Below are positions 1 through 10,786 of a DNA stretch of 64,000 bases, piece after piece. The stretch spans positions 1 to 64,000 of the forward strand of contig JBHICG010000004.1 of the NCBI GenBank assembly GCA_046759445.1, written 5' to 3'. Position 1 is the first letter of the stretch. Each line of letters opens with the position of its first letter. This DNA is from Candidatus Scalinduaceae bacterium. Lineage in GTDB: Bacteria; Planctomycetota; Brocadiia; Brocadiales; Scalinduaceae. Under the pieces are notes generated by a model. That model was not told where the DNA came from, made no database searches, and worked only from the letters and a program-made list of their open reading frames with translations. Made by a program: the position numbers and the translations under genes.

Positions 1-399
1 TATCTCATCCATGCAATAATTCTTGATTAGTTCAAGATAATTTAAGATCTTCACATCACTATTACAAGGCATCTCAATAGCATCTTCAACTTCCTTTCTT
101 AATTCCTCATCATCCTGCACATCGTTTTGAGAAATGATTAACCTTTGGGAACACATAGGGCATGGTGCAAGTATTTCTTTAAATCCATATTTTTCTGCTA
201 GGCTAATGTTTCTTACAGATAGGGCTGTAGACAACTTATGATTTGTTGCGTGAGCTGAAGAGGCGCCACAGCAGTTCCAATCATGAATTTCTTCTAATTC
301 AGGGCCTATTACTTGAGAAACTCCCAATACTGATGTACCATATTCCTCAGAACTTGAACCCTTTGTGATTGCACAGCCTGGATAATAACCAATCCGCAT
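1..399 (-). CDS. hdrB: Heterodisulfide reductase subunit B-like protein, runs off window start
   Basis: Manual translation from ATG at 399: MRIGYYPGCAI...ELEEIHDWNCCGASSAH...ILAPCPMC (CCG-domain motifs); directly downstream of hdrC. Confidence 0.88.
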   Translation of the reverse strand, partial: MRIGYYPGCAITKGSSSEEYGTSVLGVSQVIGPELEEIHDWNCCGASSAHATNHKLSTALSVRNISLAEKYGFKEILAPCPMCSQRLIISQNDVQDDEELRKEVEDAIEMPCNSDVKILNYLELIKNYCMDEI

Positions 400-407
400 T
401 TCTTCCT

Positions 408-962
408 CTATTCACATTTTCCAAATATTCGCTTAATGACATCCTTACCTTTAATATCATGAGGCAAGAATGACAATTTTCCCTTGCTTATCAACTGAGG
501 TGCAATTCCTAAATCTTGCAATGCGGTCTTGGGTCTCTTCATCTTGTATTCATTCAACATCCACAATTCAGAGATACGGCCATGCTTTTTGATGGAATTA
601 AGAAATGATTTATGGAATGTAGTAATATTCCTTTCCAGCGGGTTAGCTAGACCTTCTTCAAGTGACATTTCCCTCAAGACGTCCATCAATTCCGCAATCT
701 TAACCTCTTTGGGACATCTTGTCGTACACGTTATACAGGAAGCACATAGCCATATGGTCCTAGAAGTTAAGGCTTCCCGTTTAGCTCCTATCTGCACAAA
801 CCTTATGATTTGATTTGGCATATAATCCATCTCATAAGCTACCGGACACCCTGCCGTACATTTACCACATTGGTAGCATTCCTTAACTTTTATTCCACTT
901 CTCTCTTCGACCTCTTTAGCAAAATCAGAACTCAATTCTTTCAAGGTAATTTTTATCTTCAT
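408..962 (-). CDS. hdrC: Heterodisulfide reductase subunit C (2x4Fe-4S)
   Basis: CYQCGKCTAGCP and IWLCASCITCTTRCP motifs typical of HdrC; adjacent to hdrB. Confidence 0.9.
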   Translation of the reverse strand: MKIKITLKELSSDFAKEVEERSGIKVKECYQCGKCTAGCPVAYEMDYMPNQIIRFVQIGAKREALTSRTIWLCASCITCTTRCPKEVKIAELMDVLREMSLEEGLANPLERNITTFHKSFLNSIKKHGRISELWMLNEYKMKRPKTALQDLGIAPQLISKGKLSFLPHDIKGKDVIKRIFGKCE

Positions 963-1174
963 AATAACTATAGTTTATAACAAAAATTATTAATTACACC
1001 CTAAATTATACTATAAAAAATAAATAAATGTCAAAAGATTAAATCTAAACGTCTGTGAAATGGCAAATACTTTATAGCGGCTTTTGTAAAGATATTTATA
1101 TTAGAAAAAAGTGTTTATGAGGCTGTTTAAGGAATGTGGATTTGAGGATTATTTTATTAAGAACTTATGCTGTA

Positions 1175-1900
1175 TTATTTAAGCATCCGCTTTAGCTCCA
1201 ACGCATTTTCAATAGCATATCCGTAAGCATCATTGTTAAAATAGGCGTAAACGTCCAGTCCCTTCTTTGCAAATTCCTTGATCATATCTCTCCATCTCAC
1301 CAGTTCTGATTTAGAATATTTTCCTCCATACAAAGATTCTGTTCCATGGAAACGCATGTATACAAAATCTGCCGTTATTTTAATAGGTGAAAGAAAACCC
1401 GGCATGTGATAGATGCAGAGACTGGCATTTTTCTCTTCAAGGAGGGCATAGACATTATTATTAAACCAGCTCTCATCCCTGAACTCAAAGACGTGCATTA
1501 AGCTTGGAGGAAGGACAGATAAAAAACACATTAACCTATCTACATTACATTTCCAGTGAGGAGGTAATTGAAAAAGTATAGGGCCAAGCTTGTCTTTTAG
1601 AATCTTTGCCCTTTTAAGGAATAAGCCTAAGGACTCTTTGGGTTCTTTTAACTTCTTCATGTGTGTGATAAAACGGCTTGCCTTTAAAGAGAAGATGAAA
1701 CCTTTCGAGTTTGACTCCCTCCAACCTTCAAAAGCCTTAATAGTAGGTAAATGATAGAAGGTGTTATTTATCTCAACCGTATTGAAAAATCTTGTATAAT
1801 AGCGTAACCTTTCCTCTTTACTCATTCCTTGAGGGTAAAAAACCTTACCCCAGTGGTCATAACTCCAGCCCGATGTTCCAATGTAGTAATCATCTTTCAT
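1175..1900 (-). CDS. DUF72 (YecE-like) protein
   Basis: IGTSGWSYDHW, VEINNTFY, KASRFITH, LFQLPP, EFR, RFHG, YFNND motifs. Confidence 0.9.
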   Translation of the reverse strand: MKDDYYIGTSGWSYDHWGKVFYPQGMSKEERLRYYTRFFNTVEINNTFYHLPTIKAFEGWRESNSKGFIFSLKASRFITHMKKLKEPKESLGLFLKRAKILKDKLGPILFQLPPHWKCNVDRLMCFLSVLPPSLMHVFEFRDESWFNNNVYALLEEKNASLCIYHMPGFLSPIKITADFVYMRFHGTESLYGGKYSKSELVRWRDMIKEFAKKGLDVYAYFNNDAYGYAIENALELKRMLK

Positions 1901-1904
1901 AAAC

Positions 1905-4900
1905 TCACTCGTCTATTTTAGGATTTTCCAAATCAACATCACTATCCTTATCAATAAATGTCTCAACCTTGGCATCTATGGATTTTTCAGAACGAATATG
2001 CAGATCTCTCTGTGGGAAAGGTATTTCGATGTTATTTTCCCTGAATATCTTGTCTATTGCAAAATTTAAATCACTAATCGCCATCCATCTTTTGAATATG
2101 TGAGCCCAGAAGTATATCTCGAAATTTAACGAGCTATTCCCAAACTCGGCAAAGCGCACTACCGGTTCAGGTTCTTTCTCCACATCCGGATGCGAATCCA
2201 TTACCTTGAGTAAACATTCTCTGACAAGTTCTGTATTGGATCCATACGCAACACCTACCTCTATTTTAGACCTTAGTAACATATCACCTCCATGCATCCA
2301 ATTCACCACGTTACTCTCCAGAAACTTTGAGTTTGGCACCACCACCGTTTTCCTATCAAACGTACTTACCACAGTACTTCTAATACTAATCTTTTCAACC
2401 TTACCCGCAATATCCTTATCAAGGGTTATTACGTCACCAATCCTTATAGGTTTCTCAAAGAAGATTATAATTCCGCTTACGAGATTACTGATTATATTCT
2501 GCATTCCAAAGCCTAAGCCAATACCAAACGCACCAGCAAAAATGGCAAGGCTCCTTAAGGGAATTCCTGCAATATTAAGCCCTATTATTGCCGCAATACC
2601 TATTATGAAATAAGTTATACCAGATGAAATTGCATGACGGGCGCCCTTTTCCAGCTGAGCTTTTTCATAAACCCTTGTTTGTAGGATATTTCTTAAATAT
2701 CTTGCACATATAAAGGCTACTATCAAGACTAATACGCCAAATAGCATCTTAAAAGGTGTTGTATATCTTCCTTCAGCAAGTACGAACTTGTATGTCAAGC
2801 CGTTCTTTATTGAAGCAAGCACATACAAAATCTCTTCATAAATATCCCGAAATAACTTTGGAGCAGCGGGTGAACTCACAACATCTTTAAACGTATCGTT
2901 CCATATTCCAAGAATTACAATTACAGTGATAATCAAAATCCCATAGTCCAGCAAATTTTTATAAACCCTGAACCTGAAATTTATGGCCCTTTTTTCTGAT
3001 TCGAATTCTTCAATTTCGATCGGTTTTCTCTGGCTTAATCTATGTTCTTGCGAGTTCAACAATCGCCCTAATAGATATCGATATACAAGGTAAGCGATGA
3101 CGGCAATAACCATGCTTTTGATGAGGGTCGCTATAAGGGTATAGGTCAATAAGACGTATCCAAGACTTCGTATGGCAAAAAGTAAGATAATGAATGCTAT
3201 AAGTATTGGATAAAGAAGATTAATAATCTTATTAACAAACTTACCAAGAGCGCTCTCAGAATATGGTAACAAGTTTAGCAGAACAGATCTCTCCCTGGCA
3301 GTTATCCAAACTATCAAAAATAGTGTAACTATCCTGTAAATAAACCATAACAGCTCAATAACGTCCTTCTTATATTCGTAAGTGTTTAAGACACAAATTA
3401 ACGTTATTGTTATTGCTGAAAAGAGTAGAATTAAGTTTAAACCTTTAAAGATATGTCTTGCGGAAGAGTAAGTAATTGGAACCCATCGTCTCATCCCCGT
3501 ATACGGACTTAAGATTTCAACAACAAAGCTTTTTAAAAGTTTGTAAACCGAGAGTATCGCAAATCCATAAATAGTAGATAGGATAACTGGTGCGTTGGAG
3601 GGTAGAGTAAGCGATATTGTCAAGGATATTACGAACAGAAAGAACATTGCTAACGTATTTTGCATTATACGAAGCAGGCCTGGTATAAGCTTAAATGTGT
3701 AAAATGTCTGTGGAGATGTCGCAGCAAACCTTTGTATCCCCTGCCTCGCCAATCCGTTAAGGTAACGTCTGGCAAGATAAGCCAACAATATTATGGCTAT
3801 TATGATACATAGTTTTACAGTAAATGTTGGTATGTTTTTACTATTAGAAAGGAAGATGCTCAGTTTTTTTAAACTTTGGCTTGAATTTCTATATAAATCA
3901 ATGGGTATAGTTTTAAAAACTTTTAAATCCGAAAAGGCCTCTATTGCTGTCTTTGTTGAAATCTTACTCTCACGCCTTGCCCAAACATTTGCGGCTCTTA
4001 TTTGTGAAAGGGTTTTTTGGGTTTCTATTAATTTCTCCAATAAGACATTATTTATTTCAAGCCTTTCATTCAGTCTTTCAACCTTTGTCTCTATAAGTGA
4101 GTTTTGTTCTTCTATATGTTTAACACGCAAATTTGCAAGTTTTATTAACCGTTCGCCCAATGCCTTATCTGAGAAGTCTGCCGCTTCCGCCTCTATTCTT
4201 GATTTTTCTCCAAGTATGGTGGGCAATAGATCGGCGCGTGAATTCTTTAAACTTTCTACTATAATGGATTTTTGTTTTTCTGCCGCAGTTAACAGGCTTT
4301 GAATGGTATTTATCTTGTCCTGTATATTCTTTGACTCGACTTTAACTATCTCCAATTCCTCAGCAATTTCACCAGGAGTATTCTCCCCACCAAGCAATTT
4401 TTCAATATTTTTTTGTGTCTTAATAAATTCCGCACGGTCTTTTTGCCTTACAGTACCTGTAGTAATTAAATCATCCTTTATTGTCGCAATAAGCACCTGT
4501 TGTTTATGTACGTCTGCCTCAATTTCCAAAACCCTTCTCTTTTCAGGAGATGTCTCCTCTAATTGTTTCTGTACGGCAATCTCTTCTTTCTTTAATGCTT
4601 TTTTCTTTTCCAATTCAGCCTTTGCCTTTTCCTCTTCTGCAATCCTTTTTCTTTCTTCTTCAACCCTTCTGGCTTCTTCCGCTTCTTTTTCCTTTCTTTG
4701 AACTTCCTCTTCTTTAAATTTTTGTGATAAGATGCTGGCAATTCCAGTTTTAATATCTATCTCTAGCTGCGTATTCAATTTTTTAGTCTGGACAGAATGT
4801 AGATTAAGCCTTGCCAGTTCGGTTTGTGCCAATAACAAATTAATTTTATCATCCTGTAACTTAATCTCATTTTCCAGACTACGTTTCATATTCTCAATTC

Positions 4901-5582
4901 GGTAGGGTCCTTCTGGTGTTGATGGTTTCTGGCTTGTAAGCGCTTTTATTTTGTCCTTGAGTTTCTTTTTTTCATCTTCGAGCTTTAATTTTGTGACCTC
5001 AAGAGATGTTTTTGATGTTGAAAGATATGTTTCCTTTTCTTTAACAGATACCAGTATTGCTTCCAGACTTGCCTTAAGAAGTTCTGCTTCTTTTTGAATA
5101 CTTTCAAATTGGGACACAGGTAGCAAGGCGGCTTCATCACTTATCTTGTTTTTCTTATCAGTTAGAGTCGACGTAACTTCGAGTGCTTTTCTCAAAGCGC
5201 TGGCAACTTTTGTCATTTCCGTTCTGACTCTTACGTTTTCATTTAATGTATTAATCCTATCTTCGATGACACCCTTTTGTTTTGCAACTGATTCTAAGAC
5301 TGCGCTCTCAACCTTATCTTCAATTAATTTCTCCCTTGTTGCATTTAATGTTCTTAATTCTTCTTTAATACCCCTTACGCTTGATTCTAGGTTAGTTATA
5401 TCTTGCCTGTGATTTACAAGGGTCTTCTTTATATTTTCTAGGAGCTCTGTTCGTTTTAACGTTAGATCCTTAATCTCAGTAGGTTGACTACAAAGGTCAT
5501 CCGTGGTTAAACCGAAAGATATGGAAACCAAAATAATAATGATAGATACTAATTTTCTAACATTCATTTTATTAAATCTCAT
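1905..5582 (-). CDS. Large MscS/MscK-like mechanosensitive channel with long N-terminal coiled-coil region
   Basis: Signal-like N-terminus, long E/K-rich helical region, multiple TM segments, C-terminal GIGLGFGMQNIISNLVSG...VVPNS...VGVAYGS...IEIPFPQRDLHI MscS core. Confidence 0.9.
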   Translation of the reverse strand: MRFNKMNVRKLVSIIIILVSISFGLTTDDLCSQPTEIKDLTLKRTELLENIKKTLVNHRQDITNLESSVRGIKEELRTLNATREKLIEDKVESAVLESVAKQKGVIEDRINTLNENVRVRTEMTKVASALRKALEVTSTLTDKKNKISDEAALLPVSQFESIQKEAELLKASLEAILVSVKEKETYLSTSKTSLEVTKLKLEDEKKKLKDKIKALTSQKPSTPEGPYRIENMKRSLENEIKLQDDKINLLLAQTELARLNLHSVQTKKLNTQLEIDIKTGIASILSQKFKEEEVQRKEKEAEEARRVEEERKRIAEEEKAKAELEKKKALKKEEIAVQKQLEETSPEKRRVLEIEADVHKQQVLIATIKDDLITTGTVRQKDRAEFIKTQKNIEKLLGGENTPGEIAEELEIVKVESKNIQDKINTIQSLLTAAEKQKSIIVESLKNSRADLLPTILGEKSRIEAEAADFSDKALGERLIKLANLRVKHIEEQNSLIETKVERLNERLEINNVLLEKLIETQKTLSQIRAANVWARRESKISTKTAIEAFSDLKVFKTIPIDLYRNSSQSLKKLSIFLSNSKNIPTFTVKLCIIIAIILLAYLARRYLNGLARQGIQRFAATSPQTFYTFKLIPGLLRIMQNTLAMFFLFVISLTISLTLPSNAPVILSTIYGFAILSVYKLLKSFVVEILSPYTGMRRWVPITYSSARHIFKGLNLILLFSAITITLICVLNTYEYKKDVIELLWFIYRIVTLFLIVWITARERSVLLNLLPYSESALGKFVNKIINLLYPILIAFIILLFAIRSLGYVLLTYTLIATLIKSMVIAVIAYLVYRYLLGRLLNSQEHRLSQRKPIEIEEFESEKRAINFRFRVYKNLLDYGILIITVIVILGIWNDTFKDVVSSPAAPKLFRDIYEEILYVLASIKNGLTYKFVLAEGRYTTPFKMLFGVLVLIVAFICARYLRNILQTRVYEKAQLEKGARHAISSGITYFIIGIAAIIGLNIAGIPLRSLAIFAGAFGIGLGFGMQNIISNLVSGIIIFFEKPIRIGDVITLDKDIAGKVEKISIRSTVVSTFDRKTVVVPNSKFLESNVVNWMHGGDMLLRSKIEVGVAYGSNTELVRECLLKVMDSHPDVEKEPEPVVRFAEFGNSSLNFEIYFWAHIFKRWMAISDLNFAIDKIFRENNIEIPFPQRDLHIRSEKSIDAKVETFIDKDSDVDLENPKIDE

Positions 5583-5772
5583 TATGAATCAAGAAATGTA
5601 AATTCTTTTGCCGAAATTGTCATGCGGGGTATAATTGTAACAGCAAAAAAGGAAGTAATACGGTATTTAGAAGTTAACCTATTCTGTATAAAAGATGTTA
5701 TGTACGTTAGCATCAGCGCAAATATCTGTCAAGGTATTTTCAACATTACGGAATTCTGTAAATTTAATTAAG

Positions 5773-6040
5773 ATGCTTGATATAAACGCCATAATGGTTC
5801 TTGCAGTATTTGTTGCTGCAATTGTCCTTTTTATTACCGGAAAGCTTCGAGTTGACTTGATAGCTCTGTGCGTACTGGTTGTTTTGATTGTGCAGGTTTA
5901 ATCTATACTAGTCAAGCACTATACGGTTTTGCAAACTCTGCAACGGCAACTATAACTGCCATGTTGTATTGAGTGCAGGGTTAGTGCGCACCGGTCTGGT
6001 AAAATGGCTGACACGCCATATAGATAGACTGACTAGCAAG
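5773..6040 (+). pseudogene. 5' remnant of SLC13/CitMHS-type permease, frameshifted and truncated
   Basis: MLDINAIMVLAVFVAAIVLFITGKLRVDLIALCVLVVL continues in other frames as GLIYTSQALYGFANSATATITAM and VLSAGLVRTGLVKWLTRHIDRL; end approximate. Confidence 0.7.
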
Positions 6041-6057
6041 ACGAACGAGACAGATAG

Positions 6058-6658
6058 AGACAGAAGTATTAATTGGCCAGGGTGAAAAATCTACAGATAT
6101 TGGGGACGTAACGGTATTTGGTAAATATCGTTTTTATAACAAACTATTTGGAGCTGCCGCTATCCTTGATATAAAGACACCCACAGGCCAGACAGATGAA
6201 CGTGACAAGGTAGGAAACAGATTTGAGCCAGAAGACCAACCAGGAACAGGGTCAACAGATTTACTCTTTTGCATAGCAATAAATAAGAACTTGGACATTT
6301 TACAATTAACGGAAGCATCCTATATCAGCTTACAGGTAATGGTAGTCAAGATTATGAATTTGGAGATGTTCTACAGCGAGTATACAGGATACCTACAAAG
6401 TTAAGGAACACGGGCGCTCCCCAGGGCTAAATGTGCTGGCTGGTGTTATTTCAGAGTGCAGTTAAGGATGATCAATTCAGAAAAAGGATAAGTGATTCTG
6501 GGGGTACAACGATATCCTTTGCACCCGGGTTATCAAGCCAGTTAACGCACAACCTCAGTTCTTCATTATCAGTTCAAATTCCATTTATTCAAAACCTTGG
6601 CAGATCTCATCAGGATATAGATTTTAAGGTCTTGTTTGGTATTGATTATAGTTTTTGA
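6058..6658 (+). pseudogene. 3' remnant of outer-membrane beta-barrel transporter (MetA-pathway/phenol degradation-like family), frameshifted
   Basis: Pieces in different frames: DIGDVTVFGKYRF..IKTPTG..EPEDQPGTGSTD / TINGSILYQLTGNGSQDYEFGD / SDSGGTTISFAPGL...GIDYSF (terminal Phe); no start codon. Confidence 0.65.
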
Positions 6659-6824
6659 ACTGAGTAAGGGAATGTCTCGGCTTTTTTTTTAATGCTAATA
6701 ATTTTGGTTAATCCCTTTTGGGGGTTCTCTTCCAAGGCATTATCTTTACGAATAACGACATTAATTATTCGCCCTGCCTGCGTCGGTGCAAATAATTAAA
6801 TAGTCCGAATAAAAAAATATATTA

Positions 6825-6853
6825 TTGACACGTTTCTGTAAAATTAATAGAAT
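6825..6853 (+). promoter_or_regulatory. sigma70-type promoter for the cNMP-binding protein gene
   Basis: TTGACA-17 bp-TAGAAT. Confidence 0.6.
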
Positions 6854-6981
6854 TACCGCCTAATTCAGATGGTGTTACCTAAAAATTTGCTTTCACCTGA
6901 ATTTGAAAACAAAACTATCAGGACGCTTAAAACTGAAAATCTGTGTATTCGTAAAATCGCGTATAGGATAAGTTTTAAAAG

Positions 6982-7404
6982 ATGAGTTTAAAAGGTTTGT
7001 TTTTTACGGAGAAGAAATTACACTTCAGAAAAGGAGAGGTTATATTTAAAGAGCATGATGAAGGTGGTAAGGAAATGTATTTTATCGATTCAGGAAGGGT
7101 CAGGATATTAAAAAAAGTTGGGGATGCAGAGACAACATTAGCAATTCTTAATTCAGGTGATTTCTTTGGAGAAATGGGCTTAATAACTGGGAATAAACGT
7201 ATTGCTTCTGCAATGGCTTTTACGGATTGTAAGCTTTGCACTATGGACAAGGAAGCGTTTGAATCAAACTTCTTAAACGACAAAAAATTTATGAGAAAAA
7301 TACTTGAGTCCCTCGTATTTCGCCTAGAAGAAACTGATTTAAACCTCAAGCGATGTATCCAGAGAGTCTCCAGACTATCCAAGGTGTCCAACGTAACTGG
7401 TTAG
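6982..7404 (+). CDS. Stand-alone cyclic nucleotide-binding domain protein
   Basis: FRKGEVIFKE..MYFIDSGRVRI..LNSGDFFGEMGLI..RIASAMA; no HTH follows. Confidence 0.85.
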   Translation: MSLKGLFFTEKKLHFRKGEVIFKEHDEGGKEMYFIDSGRVRILKKVGDAETTLAILNSGDFFGEMGLITGNKRIASAMAFTDCKLCTMDKEAFESNFLNDKKFMRKILESLVFRLEETDLNLKRCIQRVSRLSKVSNVTG

Positions 7405-7405
7405 C

Positions 7406-7701
7406 TCAAGTTTTTTGCCTTATACCTCCTTTGTACGGGAATAACGACCCAAACGATAACACTTTGATTAATACCGCAATAGTAGAAGCTACACAGATCA
7501 CTAACCTATTAAAACGGTTTTCTTTCAGCAGCCCGGCTACTTCGTTCCTCTTTTCTTTTTCTAACCATTTTTCTCTTATAAATGTATCTTCCCAATTAAT
7601 ATCGGGATAGGCCCTCATAAGTTCTTCTACGTCTTTATCAGAAAGTCCTCCTTGAAAATCTCATGTATGTATTTGATTTTCTTATCCAGCAAGGCTTCCA
7701 T
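7406..7701 (-). pseudogene. Possible frameshifted small-gene remnant, unknown function
   Basis: MEALLDKKIKYIH (ATG at 7701) appears to continue in another frame as DFQGGLSDKDVEELMRAYPDINWEDTFIREKWLEK. Confidence 0.3.
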
Positions 7702-8040
7702 TATTTATGGTTCTTAATTACGATACAAATTGCAGGTATAACTTCATAGAATTTACATAGCGTCAAGCTTGGTTTGATTAAATATTGCGATGGGGATAAA
7801 TCTGGTATACTAATCCTAGAATTAACTTTTTTGGTTTGTAAGCCTATAGCGCTGAAGGTAGTTTCTTATTAGGACAAATCAGATTCATAAACTCTCTCAA
7901 TTAATTATATGTTTCTCTATTTACTGGATCTTATTGTGCCATTGCAATTTCCCTTGCGGGTTATAATCGCAATAAGAGTATATTGCCAACCATTTTAATT
8001 AGTAACTCTTTTATTTGCCCACAGATATGACAGATACGCT

Positions 8041-9243
8041 CTACTTCCCAGGAATTATCTTCCCAAGAATAACGCTTTTTTTAGCACCGGTTGCAGATGG
8101 TATATTCCCATGATTACCACATACTGTTTCATTAGCAAGAATGGCAAATGATAAAGCCTCCTTCGCCTCTGAGGGAATCCCAAATTCGTCAACCTTTCTT
8201 ATCTTTATGTCTTTTAGATAGTTCTTTAGGAATTGCAGCAAGGTAGCGTTATGCACACCGCCACCGCTCAAAATTAACTCTGATATATCATAAAACGGTA
8301 AAATAAACTTTTTGTAACTATCTGCTATCGACCAAGCGGTAAAGGCAGTAACTGTAGCAAGAGCCTCCAAATCCTCAATATCTTTTTGCTTCGTTTCCAT
8401 ATACAAATTATCTGAAAATTGAATACCAAAATCCTCTCTTCCTGTTGATTTTGGTGGATATTTTGAGAAGTATGGATGTGAACACAATTTTCCCAATAAA
8501 GCTTGATTCAACTTACCTTTCGAAGCTAGTTCGCCATTTCTATCAAACTTAGATTTCCCATTCGTTATGATCTCAGTAAACCGGTCAATAATCATATTGC
8601 CAGGCCCAGTATCAAATGCAATTACTTTTTTGACATCGCAATCATCGGGTATAAATGTAACATTCGCTATCCCGCCAATATTTTGTATTGCTCGGCAAAT
8701 TCTATCTTTTCCAAACAAAATAAAATCCGTAAAAGGCACCAAAGGAGCCCCATCACCACCTGCAGCAATATCCCTTGTCCTAAAATCGGCAACAGTAGTT
8801 ACACCCGTTTCCTGTGCTATTACAGAAGGCTCACCTATTTGTAAAGTTGACCTCACACACTTATCCATATTCTCCTTTGATGAGGAAATATGATAAATTG
8901 TTTGACCGTGAGAACCGATAATATCAATTTCTGAAATAGGAACTGCCAATTTCCTGACAATTAGCTTAACGGCATTAGCAAAAAGCTTCCCTAATATAAA
9001 ATTTAATTGACAAATCTTATCAACAGTGCCCGTGAGTTTTTGAGAGGCATCAAAAATTAACTTTCTTACCTCATTATCGTAAGGATAAGTTTCAAAACCT
9101 ATAATTTCAATCTTAGTTGATAATCCGTTTCCAGTAATTTTGGCCAAACACGCATCAATGCCATCATACGATGTGCCAGACATTAAACCAATAATATTTC
9201 GGCTCTTTTTCCTTTTTAACTGAACAAGATTCTCAATCGACAT
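8041..9243 (-). CDS. anmK: Anhydro-N-acetylmuramic acid kinase
   Basis: IGLMSGTSYDGID, GSHGQTIYH, DFRTRDIAAGGDGAPLVP, NIGGIANVT, FDTGPGN, PPKSTGRE, KEALSFA. Confidence 0.95.
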   Translation of the reverse strand: MSIENLVQLKRKKSRNIIGLMSGTSYDGIDACLAKITGNGLSTKIEIIGFETYPYDNEVRKLIFDASQKLTGTVDKICQLNFILGKLFANAVKLIVRKLAVPISEIDIIGSHGQTIYHISSSKENMDKCVRSTLQIGEPSVIAQETGVTTVADFRTRDIAAGGDGAPLVPFTDFILFGKDRICRAIQNIGGIANVTFIPDDCDVKKVIAFDTGPGNMIIDRFTEIITNGKSKFDRNGELASKGKLNQALLGKLCSHPYFSKYPPKSTGREDFGIQFSDNLYMETKQKDIEDLEALATVTAFTAWSIADSYKKFILPFYDISELILSGGGVHNATLLQFLKNYLKDIKIRKVDEFGIPSEAKEALSFAILANETVCGNHGNIPSATGAKKSVILGKIIPGK

Positions 9244-9454
9244 TTGCCTTGAATAAACCTACTATATTATATAAATTCTTTTCAGGGAAACCGTATTTCA
9301 CTAATACAACAGACTAGAATAATAATAAACAACACTCAAGAACAACGAACGAAATAATTATATATAGTTACTATAAATTGCGTCAAATTAAAAGCACATT
9401 TGGATAAATATTTTTTTCTTAAATACACTGTCATTCAGAAAGAAGGATTATCAA

Positions 9455-10786
9455 GTGCAAAAACTCTCACGTTCTATGACTCTATTTGATGTTGTCTGCC
9501 TAGGAATCAACGGAACTGTTGGGGTAGGAATATTCCTATTGCCAGGCCAAATCGCCGCACTTGTGGGACCGGGCGCTATTCTAATATATCTTTTTTGCGG
9601 CTTGTTATGTCTTGCGATAGCTCTTTGTTTTGCAGAAATGGGAGGAATTTATCAACAAACTGGCGGCGCTTATCTTTATGCAAGAGACGCATTCGGCCCA
9701 TTGATAGGATTTATGGTAGGCTGGATGATTTGGCTTTCTGCCATAATCGGTTGGGCAACTATGGCAAATGGACTCCTACTCTATCTACGTTATTTCTCTC
9801 CTTCTCTCTCAGAAGGCTGGCTTGCAGAAATCATAATCGTTGTCCTTATATTAGGATTAAGTATTCTCAACTTTTTTGGAGTAAAGATTGGGGCAAGAAC
9901 CATAAACTTTTTCACAATAAGCAAGTTAATACCTATTTTCATTTTTGTAACTTGGGGCCTCTTTCATATTAAAGCATCCTCTTTAGGCCCAATATTTACC
10001 CTTGATGTTCAAAATATAGGAGAAGCAATCGTTATTGCCTTATTTGCCTACACGGGGTTTGAACACATGTCTGTACCAGCGGGTGAAATGAAGAAACCCA
10101 GAAAAGACATACCCATAGCCTTTTTCCTTATAATATTAGGAGTTACTTTAATTTATACATTAGTGCAAACAGTAGCAACTGGTACATTCCCTGGATTGGC
10201 ACAATCAGAAAAACCACTGGCAGACGCCGCTTCAAGTTTTCTAGGCTCAACGGGTGGTATATTGATTGCTATTGGTGCTCTTCTTGCCATAGCTGGTGTA
10301 AATTCGGGTATTGCCTTAACAGGACCAAGAAACCTTTACGCTCTATCGATTGACGGATTCTTACCGAAAATGTTTTCAAAAATCCACCCAAAATTTCACA
10401 CTCCTTATATAGCAATAAGCGTAAATGCCTTTCTGACTTTAGTATTATCCCTTACCGGAACATTCAAACATCTAGTAATAGCAAGTGTGCTAGTAAGCCT
10501 TTTACAATACATACCAACATGCCTGGCCGTGATTGTTTTGAGACGTAAACGACCTAATGCTCCAAGAAGTTATACCATCCCAGGAAGATATATAATACCC
10601 TGCCTAGGTCTTTTAACCTGCTTCTGGCTTCTGTTTCAGGTAAAACTAATTGTGATTATTATGACTTTTGCAGGAATAATATTGTCCTTACCTTTTTACT
10701 TTCTCAGGAAGAAAAAACGCTCATCAATGAAAACTCAAACCAGAAACTTCCTAACTAACAATGATAAAAAAAGAAAATTCAATTGA
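9455..10786 (+). CDS. APC-family amino acid permease
   Basis: GINGTVGVGIF, CFAEMGG..TGGAYLYA..AFG, FAYTGFE, ~12 hydrophobic segments. Confidence 0.9.
   Translation: MQKLSRSMTLFDVVCLGINGTVGVGIFLLPGQIAALVGPGAILIYLFCGLLCLAIALCFAEMGGIYQQTGGAYLYARDAFGPLIGFMVGWMIWLSAIIGWATMANGLLLYLRYFSPSLSEGWLAEIIIVVLILGLSILNFFGVKIGARTINFFTISKLIPIFIFVTWGLFHIKASSLGPIFTLDVQNIGEAIVIALFAYTGFEHMSVPAGEMKKPRKDIPIAFFLIILGVTLIYTLVQTVATGTFPGLAQSEKPLADAASSFLGSTGGILIAIGALLAIAGVNSGIALTGPRNLYALSIDGFLPKMFSKIHPKFHTPYIAISVNAFLTLVLSLTGTFKHLVIASVLVSLLQYIPTCLAVIVLRRKRPNAPRSYTIPGRYIIPCLGLLTCFWLLFQVKLIVIIMTFAGIILSLPFYFLRKKKRSSMKTQTRNFLTNNDKKRKFN

Noticed and set aside
2206..5412. Long antisense ORFs over the MscS gene, and similar ones over the S41 protease, gyrB, dapF and lysC
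   Set aside because: Shadow frames of well-supported genes, with no motifs of their own
6860..6910. Possible riboswitch in the leader of the cNMP-binding gene (GATGGTGTT; AATTCAG/CTGAATT stem)
   Set aside because: Lacks the remaining fluoride-riboswitch consensus; only a short stem is supported
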